The notes under the pieces are model-generated. The model saw only the letters and a list, made by a program, of their open reading frames with translations, was not told the DNA's origin and ran no database searches. From Paragordius varius (taxonomy: Eukaryota; Animalia; Nematomorpha): a DNA stretch of 64,000 nucleotides. The stretch is taken from the NCBI GenBank assembly GCA_964247055.1, contig OZ176054.1, forward strand, positions 1,488,001-1,552,000. Reading direction: 5' to 3'. The translations under genes were made by a program, and so were the position numbers. Shown here piece after piece: positions 38,966 through 52,849 of the stretch (position 1 is its first letter; every line of letters starts with the position of its first letter).

Positions 38966-40710
38966 TATTTAATAAAATTTGAATGGTAATCTTTTAATAG
39001 TAATTTTAGGCAGTAAATTAAAACAATTAATATCAAGTACTAATTTTCATATAGAAAAACGCCATCTTTATAAACTGAGGTTTTTAGAAATCCTAACTAT
39101 ATGATTTGAGGCACATTTTTTAATTATACTTAAAATCCTTTTTTTCGCTATTTGCCCAATTTTGTTTTTCCTCAATATTTCAAAAATGTGTCGTAAACAA
39201 ATAAAACTATTTGCGGCAAATGAATACGCTGGTCAGCTATCTCATGAAAAAAAATTATTTCGTTAAAAATTTCACAGTTCTATGTAATTCATTTATCATA
39301 ATGAGATATCGTATACAATTACAATTATATCAGGATTTTTTCATTCCTAAAAAACGAAAAGCAAAAGTTTTTATATGGGTATTTTAACGCGAATTTTAAC
39401 ATGATAAAATTTAGCATAACAAAAATCGGTTCTTTAAAAAATTATATTTTTATTATAACGTGCTCTTTCCCTCTCTCTTTTACCGTTTACAGTTCAAATT
39501 CACCCTTGATATTTCAAATTCACCTAAAAATAGTTTGTCTTTTCGAACCAATAAAACTCATTATTGATTTAAAATATCTTTATGGCATAGTTAGTTGAGT
39601 TTTCATTTTATGGAACAAAATATTATTTTTTAAAATATATAAAAATATAAGTATTTTTTAATCTTACATATATTTGAGGGTGATTTTTACGATGATGAAT
39701 TTGAATTTTAAATGGTATCCTGTAATTTTATTTTTTAAAATTAAATGTATAATATGATAAAAATTTTATAGCCCCAAAATACTAAAAACTGTTATATTTT
39801 TGGTTGATCTCACATGACCCTTGACTCCCCACTTTTTGATACTTAGAGAAACATCTATACTATATAAATATTGAGTTCACAAAACGCGAATAACTCTTAG
39901 AAAAATTTAACGATTTAGTTGCCTCTGAAAAAATTAGCTGGTAATAGGGAAAAGATCAAAAGTCATTGTTTGAGCTTAGCTGTTTAAAAAAATGTCTGTA
40001 TATTTTTTATGTTAATAAAGAATTGTAAATAATATAAATTTAGAGACTTGATGAATTTTGTTTTGAAATTAATATGAAAAATAATAAAAAGTGGGAAATT
40101 ATCTAGTTCAGAGGAGAATAAATAAGGCAAATTTTCTTTCAAAATTTTAATTTTTATAATTAAAAGGGTTAAAAATATTTTTATATCGGTAAAAAATTTT
40201 ACAAAATAAATTTTTTATGCCATTATAAAAGAACTAATGCTTCACCTTAGTATTTTCACCAATTTTTTTTGCTTATATTTATTTTACAAAAATTTAATAA
40301 GATTATAAAAATTTTAAATAAGTACCATTAAATTCCGATAATTTTCCATTCTTTGTATTTTGAAAGCTAATTTCTTTACAAAAAGGCAAAATAGTATAAA
40401 TTGTATTAATGACACTTATTTTATAATATAGTTATTACAATTTAAATTCACCATTAAAATAAATGATGCGTTTTCGGGCTAATGTAAATCCTTACTAGTA
40501 TAAAATATATTCTTATGTCATAATTTATTATTTTTCCAGTATTATATTAATTTTACAAAATAATAATATATAATATAGGTATGTTTTAATCCTAAAAAAA
40601 CAATTTATTAGGATGAATTTGAATTTTCAAAGATAATTTTTAAGTGTAAATAATATATCTAAAAAATATTAAATTATTTGATTGATATAAGAATTATTGT
40701 ATTTCCATAG

Positions 40711-41897
40711 ATTTTAACCAAAACATTCGGGATATTCCAAGTAAATAACTAAATTGCATTCTTTAACAAGATAAATTTATGCCTTTTATCCTGATTAATA
40801 TATGTGATTATTGTTATGATATAAAATATATAAGCCATAACAATCACTTTATTGATTGAATTTGGGATTTTTAGTTAATAATATATAATTTTTTTTCTTT
40901 TAGGATTAAAAAGCATTCTAGAAAGTATGCAATACACATAATATTTTTTACTCTCATAAATAAATCTTTTTCGTATTTTAGCGAGTAATTTTCATCTAAA
41001 GCGAATAAACTTTTTACCTTTTATATCTTTGGTTTTTCTCGGCACAATTTTTTTTGATTTGCATTCAATAAAATATTAGAATTAATTAATGACATTTGAG
41101 TTCACTAAGTTGGGTCCCATTACAAAAAGATGTTTAATTATATATAATTTATACATTGGCTATTTATAAGCTATATTTAACATAAAATAAATTAATCAAA
41201 TAATATGTTAAACATTTCGATGCGTTTTTAACAATGTATTTTTGTATTGAAATTCGCTTTAAGTCATTAAATTAGTTTTTGGATTTAATTAGTTCACAAC
41301 CTTTTATATTGACTAAATATTGAATTCTGTCTGTATTGTTAATACATCAATTTTTCAAAAATAGCCGTTTTTTCAATAATTTGTGTTATATATATTTTGA
41401 TATGATTTTTAAGATTATAAACAATTGATAGCGGGTATAATAATTTTGTCTATTTTATTTCATAATGGAATAAATAAAAACTAATTTTTTTTGATAGATT
41501 TGCATGTTTCAGAATTTCCACTTCCAAGTATATAATGCCATTTTTATAATTCAATTTAAAATTAATAACAACCATTATTATATCTTATAGGTTACAATAT
41601 TTGGGGTATATAGTATAATTTTATTGGACACTTAATTTTTAAATTTTAATATTTGTGCGGTCTTAACATAATTTTTTCACTTGTAGGAATCTTAGATACA
41701 CTAACAAGTTAAATTAATACTATTTAGATATATATAATGCCATCAAAATAAAAAACTCATAAATAAATTTTTTTAGTGGCCGAACTTGAGGAACTCGGAA
41801 GTAATATAAAAAATACATTATCATAAACCCTCTATATTATTTGTGGCATAATTGTAATATATTAAATATTTTAGCTGCTCACTTAATTAATTTGTGA
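40711..41897 (+). CDS. Second phase-1 micro-exon cluster (3' part of a gene; 5' exons not located)
   Basis: AG/GT-bounded exons 40711-40740,40904-40924,41498-41527,41591-41605,41687-41707,41777-41800,41875-41897 (30,21,30,15,21,24 nt plus terminal). They join to xFNQNIRDIPRLKSILENLHVSEFPLPSYNIWGILDTLTMAELEELGTAHLINL*. Confidence 0.55.
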
Positions 41898-42097
41898 TGA
41901 TTTGTCCGGAACGATGGGATTACATTTACTTTTTTTTATTGATGCATTTTTTTCAGTTTTATATTTACGGGTTACTACAGGGATTTTTTTTAGTATCTAA
42001 CATGAAATAAATTTTGTTATTCATTTATTAAATTGTATTATGAATTTGCAAAGATATATATTTTAATAGATTCAATATAAGACTATAAAAAATATAG

Positions 42098-42616
42098 ATG
42101 ACTTCAAATATTTCAAAATTAATACAAGATATGACGCTTGCCAGGTCTGAATATGGTAAAATGGCTTATAAAAATAACCTGCTAAAGAAACTATATATCC
42201 TCTATCATGGCATTTATCAATTAAGATCAAAACTTGGTGAAATCCAAATAATATTACATAATACAACGATATACATCATAAAAACCATTCAGTATTTTTC
42301 GGACCCAAAATTTAAGCAAAGATTATGCCACGTTTTAAAAATTAATTCAAATACACGCTACAAAATACACGAGGATCTTAAAAACGTATTTTATTTACCG
42401 AAATCTCAGGGGAATTCGGTTCAAAACCAGACATTAGGAACCCAAAATTTTAAATCAATGCCTCTTTCAAACATTTCATTCAATGATCATTATGATTCAA
42501 TTTGTAACATAGTACTGTCACAAAGTGAATTTATCCAACATTTAGAATCAGAAGGCGAAAGATTACGGAATGAAATAAATAGGTTACAGGAACTACTTTT
42601 AGCCGACAATATATAA
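42098..42616 (+). CDS. Uncharacterised 172-aa ORF with C-terminal coiled coil (possibly one exon of a larger gene)
   Basis: Long stop-free frame in very AT-rich DNA, starting immediately after an AG acceptor. C-terminal QSEFIQHLESEGERLRNEINRLQELL is heptad-like and loosely recalls SDCCAG8 (QSQYIHHLEAEV) from memory; not verified. Confidence 0.5.
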   Translation: MTSNISKLIQDMTLARSEYGKMAYKNNLLKKLYILYHGIYQLRSKLGEIQIILHNTTIYIIKTIQYFSDPKFKQRLCHVLKINSNTRYKIHEDLKNVFYLPKSQGNSVQNQTLGTQNFKSMPLSNISFNDHYDSICNIVLSQSEFIQHLESEGERLRNEINRLQELLLADNI

Positions 42617-44526
42617 ATTAAGTTGAAACAAATATTAATTTTTTCAAATTTAACAAATGACAATAAATCTGGTAATTATTTATATTTTCAAATTATTTAA
42701 ATGTAACTATACTTCAAATTCACTCTCGAACATTATAAACCTCATTACCCAAAAACTTTTTTAAATTTATCCGTAAACATTATAAAGTTACCTTTAGTGT
42801 TTTTGAATACAAAATTACCTTCATTTTTTAATATTTAAAATTAAGCTTTGTTTAAATCAACATACAGAAAGAATGATGAAAATATGCCCTACAAACTATT
42901 TCATATCAATAATAAGTTAGATTAGCCCAAAAACATGTAATTAATTTATAAAATGAGTCTAATATATTTGTGATAAAAATGTTGGAGGCGGAGAATTTAA
43001 AATCTTTTGAGGGGAAATTTGTGGTTTAAATGGTAGAGAAAGTTTTATAATAATATACCAGATGGTGTCACTAATTCGTGGAGAAATAATGTATTCAAAG
43101 CGATTATATATTAAAATTTCGACATGGTAGTTGTATATAAATATTAACCAAAGTGTTTTAATCGATATATAGGAATTTTAAACGAACATTTATGTGGAAC
43201 GAGGTAGGGGTTTATATTTTTTTCCCTAAAATTATGTCTTTTGGAGAAAATTAGCTACATTTAGATTGGCTAACAACCAGAACATTTATATTTTCCTATA
43301 TTAAACATTATTGTAAAGAAATAAACTTAGCCCATTTTAAAAAATGCTGGAAGATGTAATATAAATATAGTATTTAAATTTCAGAACGATTAAATAATTT
43401 ATGGATAGCATAGTATTTCATCGTTTTTATAAACCCAGAAAACCATAATAACTAAATAAGAAAATATCAGAAATGGCGTCTATCAAAGAAATGAGACGGT
43501 TTAAATATAAATTATTGTGTGTTTTAGTCAAACGGCATAAATTATTGTGAGCAAAGTTGATGACTATTAAATTTGAAGGTGTGGATTAATTTTTCAATAA
43601 AAATAAGCCTAAAATAGATTCAAAATACTTGGCTGGTGAAAAAATTTCAAACTGTATATTTATTAATACCCTTGGGAAGACTTTCAAGATTTTGTGGGTT
43701 CCTATGACAATTGTAGCCGTTAATTGCTATTATTTTATTAAAACTAAACAAAATCCATCATTTTATATATTTTTTTAAAGTAATTTGAGAAATATTGAAC
43801 ATATTAATCTAATAAATGTTGGTATAACATTTATGTGGGTCTCTAAACTAAAATAAAGCCAGCCAGCGGCTGCACCCAGAAGTGGATGAATATAATGTTT
43901 TATGTTTTGTCGGCGTAAGCGGTTTACTCTATAATATTATGAAGACAAAAATCATCAGTATAGTGTTATATGTGGTGAGATTACGTGTCCTGACTTTAGT
44001 ATGTGTATATATTACATGTAAATATGTTATAACTTACAAGGTATCTGCCCCATAATGAGAAAATGTCCTGAGCCTTTCTTAAAAGCGTTGGCGAATAATT
44101 GACAAAATAGGAAGGTTTGAGCCTTGGCATGATACAGGCAGTTAAAAAAGATAATCAATTAATTTTCTCTAAATTAAGGCAACTGAAAATATTGTATTAT
44201 AATTGTTGATCATAAAGGGAGTATATCATAAGTTAGACAGTATACTATTAACCCATTAACCTAATATCCCAAATTGTAGCAGGGCTTTACTTTTAATTTT
44301 TAAAAAGATTAATATTTTAAAAATTTTGATAAAACATTTCCACCAAATTGAGTGTCAATATTTATGAAAAAATTAACTTTGTAAAAATTTATACCGAATA
44401 TATTTATTGGTTTGAAACAGGCCAGGTTGAGTGAGTTATTAACAAGATTAAAATTATGAGATCCTTGTGCTGCTATTGCTGAATTTTCTGCATATTGGGG
44501 ACAAATTGATAAATTATACCCTAGAT

Positions 44527-45788
44527 CAGGGGTGTCCAATACAAATGGCTTGAAGAGCCATCTTTTCGACCTCAAAATTCCAAAGAGCCACTTTTTATTT
44601 ATATATATCAAGACATTGGTAACAAAAAAATTTATTATATTAACATATAGATGTGCTAATTTACCTATCAAAAAGAAAATAAACAGTATAAATATAATTA
44701 TGCTTTGCCAATTAAATTATATGAATGTGTAAAAAAATATAATAATACATGGCTATGGTAAACTTATTGCAATTCGATAGTATGCCTAGAGTAGACTGTG
44801 GCGAATTTAATCGCCAAAATGTAACCTTTTTTTATCTAATAAAAATAAAAGAAAGAAATATTTTTCATTGCATAAGTAAATTTTTAATAGGATATTTGTT
44901 TTGTAATTTTTTGCTTTTATTCAGATCTATATCAATATTTGATACAGCACATCTCAATTCATTCTCCAAGTTTTCATCAGTTAATAAAGAACGTGAAAGA
45001 GATTTTGTGTAATTTTTTAAAAAAAAATTCAAAGATAAGTGGACCCAAAAGCACACTAATTTAGGAAATTTATCAAATGTTATATATTTTTTTATAAAAT
45101 TCCATTTTATTTGTTTGCCCAAATAATAATTTTAATTCATTATTGGATTGCAAATCTAGTAATTCCTTTTTTAAATTAATAGGAGCGTTGATAGCTTCAA
45201 CGTAGAATGGACAACAAAATAAATCAAATATTTTTTCATATTTTGTCATTACCCCCTATCGATTATTAAAAGCTTTTGCTAATATGTTAATTTGATCTGC
45301 ATATTTTGAAAAATTGTTAGTTTTTCCAGCTTTAAATCTATTCAATTCTGGAAAATGTTCAAAATTTATTTTAATTGCATTCAAATAACGTCAATTTTTT
45401 ACAAAACGCTTTAATATGGTTATTCGCATCAACAATTAAATTATCTTGCTTTTGCAAAGATTCATTTAATTGATTTAGTTTTTCGGTAATATCTACGGAA
45501 AAGCATAAATCCGCCAACTAATCTTCAATAGTTAATTCCTCTACCAAATAATTATTCTGCAATAGAAAAATATTTATTTCTTTTTAAAAATAATATTTTT
45601 AGACATCCTCGACTAAGCCACCTTACATTTGATAAAAATATAAGATATCCATATTCTGAATGAATTTCTTTTAATAACTCCTTAAACTGCCCATGAGATT
45701 TTATAAAATCAACTACTTTAATAACAACGGTCATAACATTGTCCATTGTCAGAGCATGTGCGCTGAGATTTTCAGGTGAATCATGTGC

Positions 45789-45821
<33 letters not shown>

Positions 45822-46931
45822 TCAATATTAATACCATCGGATTCCATCTTATTTAACAATAATTTCCCGGTTTCCTTGTTTTCTCACATCATAGATAGCG
45901 CCCTCATATTTAATTTATTGCCCTCAATAAATTGCATAAAACATATCATCTCCCAGTTGTATTTTTGGAAGTAAGCTTAACATATATTTTGTTATATTAA
46001 AAAATTCATCTATCCCTCGAATAAAGACTACCAATTGTAGTATGTTGCTTATATCTGTGCTTTCATCAGACAAGGAAAACGCCACAAAATTTTGATTTCT
46101 TTCTTTTAGGGATAAATTTCTTCTGCGATGTCTGTAATTCGTCTACACATAGTATTGCGCGAAAGACTTATACTGAATATTAATTCAACTTTATTAGGCA
46201 AAACACATTTTATAATTTCCAGTACGCATTTCTTTACAAACTCACCATCAGAATAAGGCTTAATTTTTTTGGCGAGTAAATTGGCAACAATATAACTTGC
46301 CTTTACTATCGGATAAGGTTGCGTGAATAAAATTGTCGGTTGGAGATTATTAATAAAGATTCCAGTTTTATTATTTTCATTTCTGTAGTCATATTAATAA
46401 AATCCAAATTGGTATTGGCATGTCTTTTTAAATTATATTCGCGAAACCCGTTTGTCGTAAATTTGCAAATAAGGCACTCCGCTTTGTTGTATGCGTATTG
46501 AAAACTAAATTTATTTTAAATACCTATTTTTTGCTAGTATTTCAATGTTTCGATGGACCCAAATTATAATTCCCAGTATTGACATGAAAGCTAAATAAAT
46601 TATTTTAAATACCTATTTTTTGCAAGTAATTTAATTTTAATTTAATGTAAAAGTTATCATCTTGAAATTGGAAATAACATGCAGGAAAAAATGTGTCTTA
46701 TAAATGATTAAATAAATGCGATGATAGATATTTATAATAAAGAATTTTATAAAAAGTTTCTAAAAATAATATAAATGTCAAAATAAAAATGCATAATTTA
46801 CATATAAAATTTTTTTAAAAAAAAAGAAATTATTTCTTTTTTAAAAAAGATTTTTTTCAAAATTTTCAAAAGCCACTCAAAATTTTCAATGAGCCACTAG
46901 TGGCTCGCGAGTACCCTGTTGGACACCCCTG
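44527..46931 (-). mobile_element. hAT transposon, Charlie/SPIN/GTF2IRD2-like group, decayed transposase
   Basis: Perfect 13-bp TIR CAGGGGTGTCCAA and perfect 8-bp TSD ccctagat (44519-44526, 46932-46939). Minus-strand motifs ECLIC, KPYSDGEFVKKC, SDESTDISN, VRWLSRG and LTDENLENELRCAVS. Confidence 0.94.
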
Positions 46932-48090
46932 CCCTAGATCCTTATTGAACAATTTGTTTCTAGCCATATCTTTAAATTAAATTCGCCCAACTTTTGGGAA
47001 CCACTTTAAAAAGAAAAATATCTTAAAAAAATTGGGAATAAATTGCCACCATTTTATTACTTAAAAATTTTTTAAAACTTATCATACAACTCTTAATTTT
47101 ATACAAAGAATTAGGCATGTGTTTTTCGCCAAATCTTTTTATTAGAAATCACAATAATCAGTCAAATTTTGTGGTGGTCTTTTAATATTATTAATATTTG
47201 GATTTAATATAATGAGTAAATAATATGATTTTACCTTATATATACTAAGAAAGGGGCTTTATCAAATATTTTGTGCGGCTCACAAAAAATTTGGTATAGA
47301 TTAATACGGAATTTAATGATTTCCGAAAATATTCTATTCGAATTCAATGATTGGTAATTCAGTAAATTAATAGGAGTTTGATTAAATTATTAGTTTTTAT
47401 ACAGTTTTATGATTGAACAATAAAATTTTGATAAAGGCTACTACATTTGTACAAATTTAATCCGTCGGTTTTCCAAAAAATGCTGCCCGCCAAGCTTTTT
47501 GTATTGGGCATTACTGTTATAAAAGGGTAATTCATTTTTGGGGAAAAATGAATAAATTAAAATGTAGGCAAATAAGGTTTGATCACGATGGACCCTTTCC
47601 AGAAGGGCTTTTTAATAAACAGCGCCTACACCAACTAGCTCATGCTAATCATTATTCACTTTTCTTATTGATAAATAGGCCCTAGTTTTTATGTTATAAT
47701 CACTAATAAAATAAATTTTATCATTTTATATTATTATTTAAATTATTTATTATATATTATTCAATAATTTAAAATTATTATAACCAATAAGTTTATTTAA
47801 ATATTTTACAAAAAGGGTCATCATGCGGATATTGACCCTTTTGATTTGAATCGGTGAGGGAAAAATGCTGTAAGCACCTAATCTTGTGTATTAGACAAAT
47901 ATCTATAATGCGCTTTCCCCCATAGTTAAGGTGACCAGATATTTTGAAGGAAAAAGCGGGACAAATCTGAGAAGGGGGGGTCATTGGGGGGTACAACCAA
48001 AATATTATACAAAAAATTTATTGTAATATTTATTTATTTTTAACACAAATAGATTAATATAAAAAAATTTGTACCTTACAGGTTGTTTGT

Positions 48091-48935
48091 ACCTTATTCA
48101 ATAAATTTAGTGCACGAACAAAGGGTGAAGTGATTGTAATATTCCAGAAAAAAATAATAAAGACGAAATCATCACAAAGTGCGCTGGGTGATGCAAGAAG
48201 CGGCACAAAAAATATTTTTAACAATTTAGCGAATAATCTTAATCAAAACATTATTGGTAGATACACAACGCTATTCAAACAGCTACTGATTTGTTACCCC
48301 TGGATGTGGAAAATATAGATGTTAAAATGCTTGGATATTGTAGAACTGTTGGTTCTTTTGTCAGTGATTGAAATATTTATAAAAATGTGATCTCCTAGAA
48401 TCCTATTTTTATCACAGGACAAATATCAAAATTCCAAGTCAAAAAAGGTTAGAAAATAATTTTATACCATTACCTAATCGCAATATTATAAAGCATCCAG
48501 AAAAACAAGGCTCAATGAATAGCCAGAATATAAAAATGTTTTATACAAACAGAAACGATTATTTGGAAGACAAGATGGTGCACAATGACACTTTTTTATG
48601 AAGTCTCACTATTAAATAAATATATTGAATGAAAACTTATATTATGGACAACAGAAAAAAATACTTAGGATAGAAATGGTTATAATAATCATTTTTAAAC
48701 AAATAATGTTCCATACAATAATATTTTAATTGTAGAAATTGCATTATCCTTACCTGAACCACTGCTATTGAACGCGTTTTTTCACAGTAAATAAAGTAAG
48801 GAAAATCAAATTTAAATGTTGAATAAGTGTCATTTTATGTGTTCAAATATAATTTGACAAATTATGAAGACTTATACAATATTTTAAGTAATTTTGTTTA
48901 TTTTTTAACATAAAAACTTTATAAATATGAGAAAT
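48091..48935 (+). pseudogene. Deleted, diverged plus-strand copy of the same transposase, tail-to-tail with the minus-strand copy
   Basis: TLFNKFSARTKGEVIV; nucleotide run tacacaacgctattcaaacagctactgattt shared with the reverse complement of ~49920-49965; KMLGYCRT; EIALSLPE; KYNLTNY..YEKY ending at ~48935. Confidence 0.8.
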
Positions 48936-48940
48936 ATATT

Positions 48941-50720
48941 TTATTCTTTGGTATATTTTTTGTTTGAGTGAATGCGTTTTAGCAGATTGTCATCATTTTT
49001 TAAAATATTGTAGAAGTATTCACAAGAATTTGTCAAATTATATTTGACAGATAAAACGGCCTTTAAAGGTTCAACATTTAAATTTGATTTTTCCGATGTC
49101 CACACCTGATTTACTGTGGAAAAAACGCGCTCAATAGCAGCGTTGGTTCCAGGTAAAGATAGTGAAAATTCCACAATTTTTTAAATATTATTGTATGTAA
49201 TATAGTTGGCTTCAAAATGATGAAATATTTCCAACCATTTATTTTCTACTGTAATTTTTTTTGTCCATAATTTAAGTTTTTCATTTTTGATATATCTTTT
49301 AACTAAGAATTTTTGGGAACAGTTATAATCAAATGATTTTTGAACATCGCACCAATTAAATTATGGTTTTTAGGTTATCCAATGAAAATGATCAATTTCA
49401 TTGCATTGCCAGTCTTTCAAATAATCTTTACAGTTTGTAAACATTTTTATATGGTACAGGAGATCTTGGCGATTTATTAAGCCTTTTTTTTTAATTATTT
49501 ATATTGCGGATGTTTAATGGTATAAAATTATTTTCTAACCTTTCTTGACATTGGAATTAGGTTCTAACTTAATTAACTAATTCAATTGCCGAAATTTTGT
49601 CACCTTCTATCAATTTAATAACATTTTGAAAAAGAGAAGCTTTATTATTTAGGGACTCTAACCATATTTTTGAAGAATCACTTTCAAAAAACTTTTCCAA
49701 AGTTGTAGGACATTTGTCCTGTGATAAAAAATAGGATATTAAAGGATTATACATATTTAAAATTCTTTTGATTGGCAGAAGAGCTAACCAACGAGTTTTA
49801 CAATATCCAAGCATTTTTTCATATTAAACTTCTGCATTTTCACAGAATTCTTTAAGCGTTTCAACGCGTACCGTGTATATATAAAAAAGATATATATTTT
49901 AATAACTAAATTTTCCACATCTAGGGGTAGCAAATCAGTAGCTGTTTGAATAGCGTTGTGTAAATGCCACCCAACGCCAATAATGTTTTAGTTAAGATTA
50001 TCTGTAATTTATGAAAAATATTTTTCCCCTCCTTGTTTTCCACCGAATTTCGTAATGGTATCAGCGAAATGCGATGATTTTGCCTTTTAAATTATTATTT
50101 TCTAAAATATTTATTATTGAAGTAAAACATATGTCAGAATTCACACCGGGTAGCGAAATATAACCTAAAATTTTAATTACTCCAGTTTCAGGATCATCTA
50201 ATTAAAGTGGGAAATAATTTTGTTTCCTAGTGAGATGCATCAAAGTATAGCGATATGAAATTCATTTTCAGTAAATCTTTTTGTATTTCAGAAAATGCAT
50301 GTGGCGAAAGGACATTGCATTCAATGGCTTCAGCCCTTGTACGGGTACATATAGATTTTTTATTGAATAAGGTGCGAATAACATGTGAGGTACAGTCCAT
50401 AGATCTGAAGGAATGATTGTGATTAACGGCGTGAAAAGATAACACGCCCTCAGCTAGTGCCAAATTCATTTGTTCCTCTCCAAAAGCGATTTTTCGAAAA
50501 AAATCGCTCATTTTATAAGATGATGCCCCCATATCTAAACATTTTTTATGTTTCTGTGTTTCCATATGCTTTGTAATATCATGCTTGCCGCCATGTGCTA
50601 GGGTGAATTCCCCCTCGCACATAAGACATTTAACAGATGATTCATTCTTCGTTTTTTTGATAAAAGGTAAAATCTTTCATTAATTCATCGTTGAATTTAC
50701 AACCTCTTTTTGTGCTCATA
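48941..50720 (-). pseudogene. Near full-length Blackjack-type hAT transposase with frameshifts and stops
   Basis: ORF-track fragments in order: LAHGGKHDITKH, AEGVLSFHAVNHNHSFRSMDC, FDAS, KTRWLALLP, LPGTNAAIERVFS..KYNL. Confidence 0.88.
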
Positions 50721-50729
50721 TTTATAAAC

Positions 50730-51015
50730 TACTATTAGTATAATAAATATTATATTACCTTAATTTTCTAGAATAAACGTGTAAGGTACCGATTTGTGGT
50801 ATCTGTTTGTCTTTAAACCTACCGATTTGTGGTATTAATTTGGCTTTAATAATGTTGGCAAGTAATAAAACTAAAATATTAGTATAATAAATATTATATT
50901 ACCTTAATTTTCTGGAATAAATGTGTAAGGTACCGATTTGTGGTATCAATTTGTCTTTTAAGCTACCGATTTTTGGTATTAATTTGTCTTTTAATCTAGA
51001 GATTTGTGGTATAAA
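50730..51015. repeat. 144-bp tandem duplication with internal taccgatttgtggtat sub-repeats upstream of the transposase
   Basis: agtataataaatattatattacc at 50737 and 50881; about six copies of the ccgatttgtggtat motif. Confidence 0.85.
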
Positions 51016-52849
51016 CTTGGCTTTTTGTTAATGATGACAGTAGTAGTAGGAAGCAAAGTGTATAATCATAAGATATAAATTCGAAAAAAATAAATATTTT
51101 AATTTAAAAATAAAAAATTTTAATTTAAAATTGAATAGGTTTTAAAGATATTTAATGATAAAAAATATAATAAAAAATTATTTGTATTAAAAAAATTTTT
51201 TTTATATAATCGTGAAAAAGCGGGACATTTTTAAAACGTAATGGGACGCGGGACAAAGTGTGAAAAAGCGGGACTGTCCCGTCAAAAGCGGGACGTCTGG
51301 TCACCTTACCCATAGTATTTCGACTATGAGGGAAAGGTATAGGCCATTATCCGCATAGTAACCCTTTTGTAATCTATATACATTTTTAAAAATGAAAAAT
51401 GCTGGCTTTGTGATCTGTTCCCGGATAACCGGTAGACTTATTCAAATCCAATCGAAAAAATATAATTAATAATGAATGCCCCGACAATAGCTTGGTCCTT
51501 TTTTGAATTAAGCAGCCAGTCTAAGCCCACCCCGTGTAAAAAACGGTTTTTTTGGAAACAGAAGTCCACAAAAATCGTGTCTTTGAGACAATTTTCCGGA
51601 ACACGTGTTGGACCATTTGATTTCCAATAAATTTTTTTTACTTTTTTTGATCGCGCCGAACATAGTCGGCTCGCTTTTTTAATTTAGGCCCTTTATTTAC
51701 CTGCTCCCCCCGTAAAATGCCATTTTTTTCCATAAAAACCAAGTCCACAAAAATAATTTTTTTTAATCTATTTTTCGCTTAGGATATGAGAGTATATATT
51801 TAAGGAGGATTCCAGGTATTCCCTGTTAAAAGGCAAAAATTTTAGTCGTGCGTTTTTTATATATTGACTGCTGGGTAACGAAATATCCGCTAAAAACTGT
51901 CCCATCAATTCTAAATAGCGTGGCTTTGGAGCTAAATTTCAAAAAACTATGGGACCATATGAGTTCAATAGGTATTTAAAATATTACCCATAAAAAGGCT
52001 AAAATTTAAGTAGAGGGGTTATATTAAATTATTCCTTAATAAGGCCTATAGAAAAATGCGCCACCATAAAATACTTTTTGGTTTTGATGCAATTTTTCGA
52101 AAATCCCAGAGCATATAGAATCAATCATTCCAGGTATTACCATAAAGACAAAAATTATAATCAAGCGTTTTTTTGTTTCGCCCCTCGTTAGGGGGTTACC
52201 CGCGTAAAACTGCGTCACGATATCGATACAGCATGCATTTGGAGCCAAATTTGAGAAAATCTATGAGTCTTATAGGAACATATACCATAATAATTCCAGA
52301 AATTCCCCATATAAAGGCAAAAATTTTATCCAACGCTTTTTTATACCTGCCCCTGGGAAAGGAGCTAACCGCCAAAAACTGCGCCACTATATTTCCGTTG
52401 TTTTTGAGCTAATTTACAAAATATTTATGAAGCCTTATGAGCTTTTTAAAAGCTTGAAATATTACCCTTAACTAAGTAATAAAGGTTAGGCATTTTTTCA
52501 TTAGCCGTTATTTGGGGCTTTTATGCGCTAAAAATATGCCATCTATATAGATTATTTAGTGTTGAGGTATTTTTTCGAAAAACCCAAGAGACGATGGTAT
52601 CAAAGATGATTCCAAATATTTACCCTATAAAGGCTTTAACTCAGCGCTTTTTTCAAATAGGTATAGGAGAGAGAACATTCAATAATTTTAGGCAGGGCTT
52701 CGTGATAAAAATACAATTTAACAAAAAATGTTTTTTAACTTGTAAAATATTGTTATGAATAAAAATGACAATCATCGTAGATAAATATATCATAAAATCT
52801 TCTGGTTCGGAAAGACTTTATACCAGCATTTCTATTCCGATCATTATAT

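Larger units (their letters stand above)
47927..51308. mobile_element. hAT transposon, Blackjack-like
   Basis: 13-bp TIR TAAGGTGACCAGA, perfect 8-bp TSD cccatagt (47919-47926, 51309-51316), and subterminal GCGGGAC repeats at both ends. Confidence 0.93.

Noticed and set aside
43050-43420. hAT C-terminal-like peptide hints (ERLNNLW)
   Set aside because: Too short, with no TIR or TSD support.
43790-44140. Possible minus-strand exons (MPRLKPSYF...; HPLLGAAAGWLYF)
   Set aside because: Could not join them into a consistent frame or recognise a family; needs RNA-seq.
52036-52412. ORFs of 63-79 aa, and 4070-4291
   Set aside because: They lie in Helitron-like repeats and are not conserved as frames between copies.
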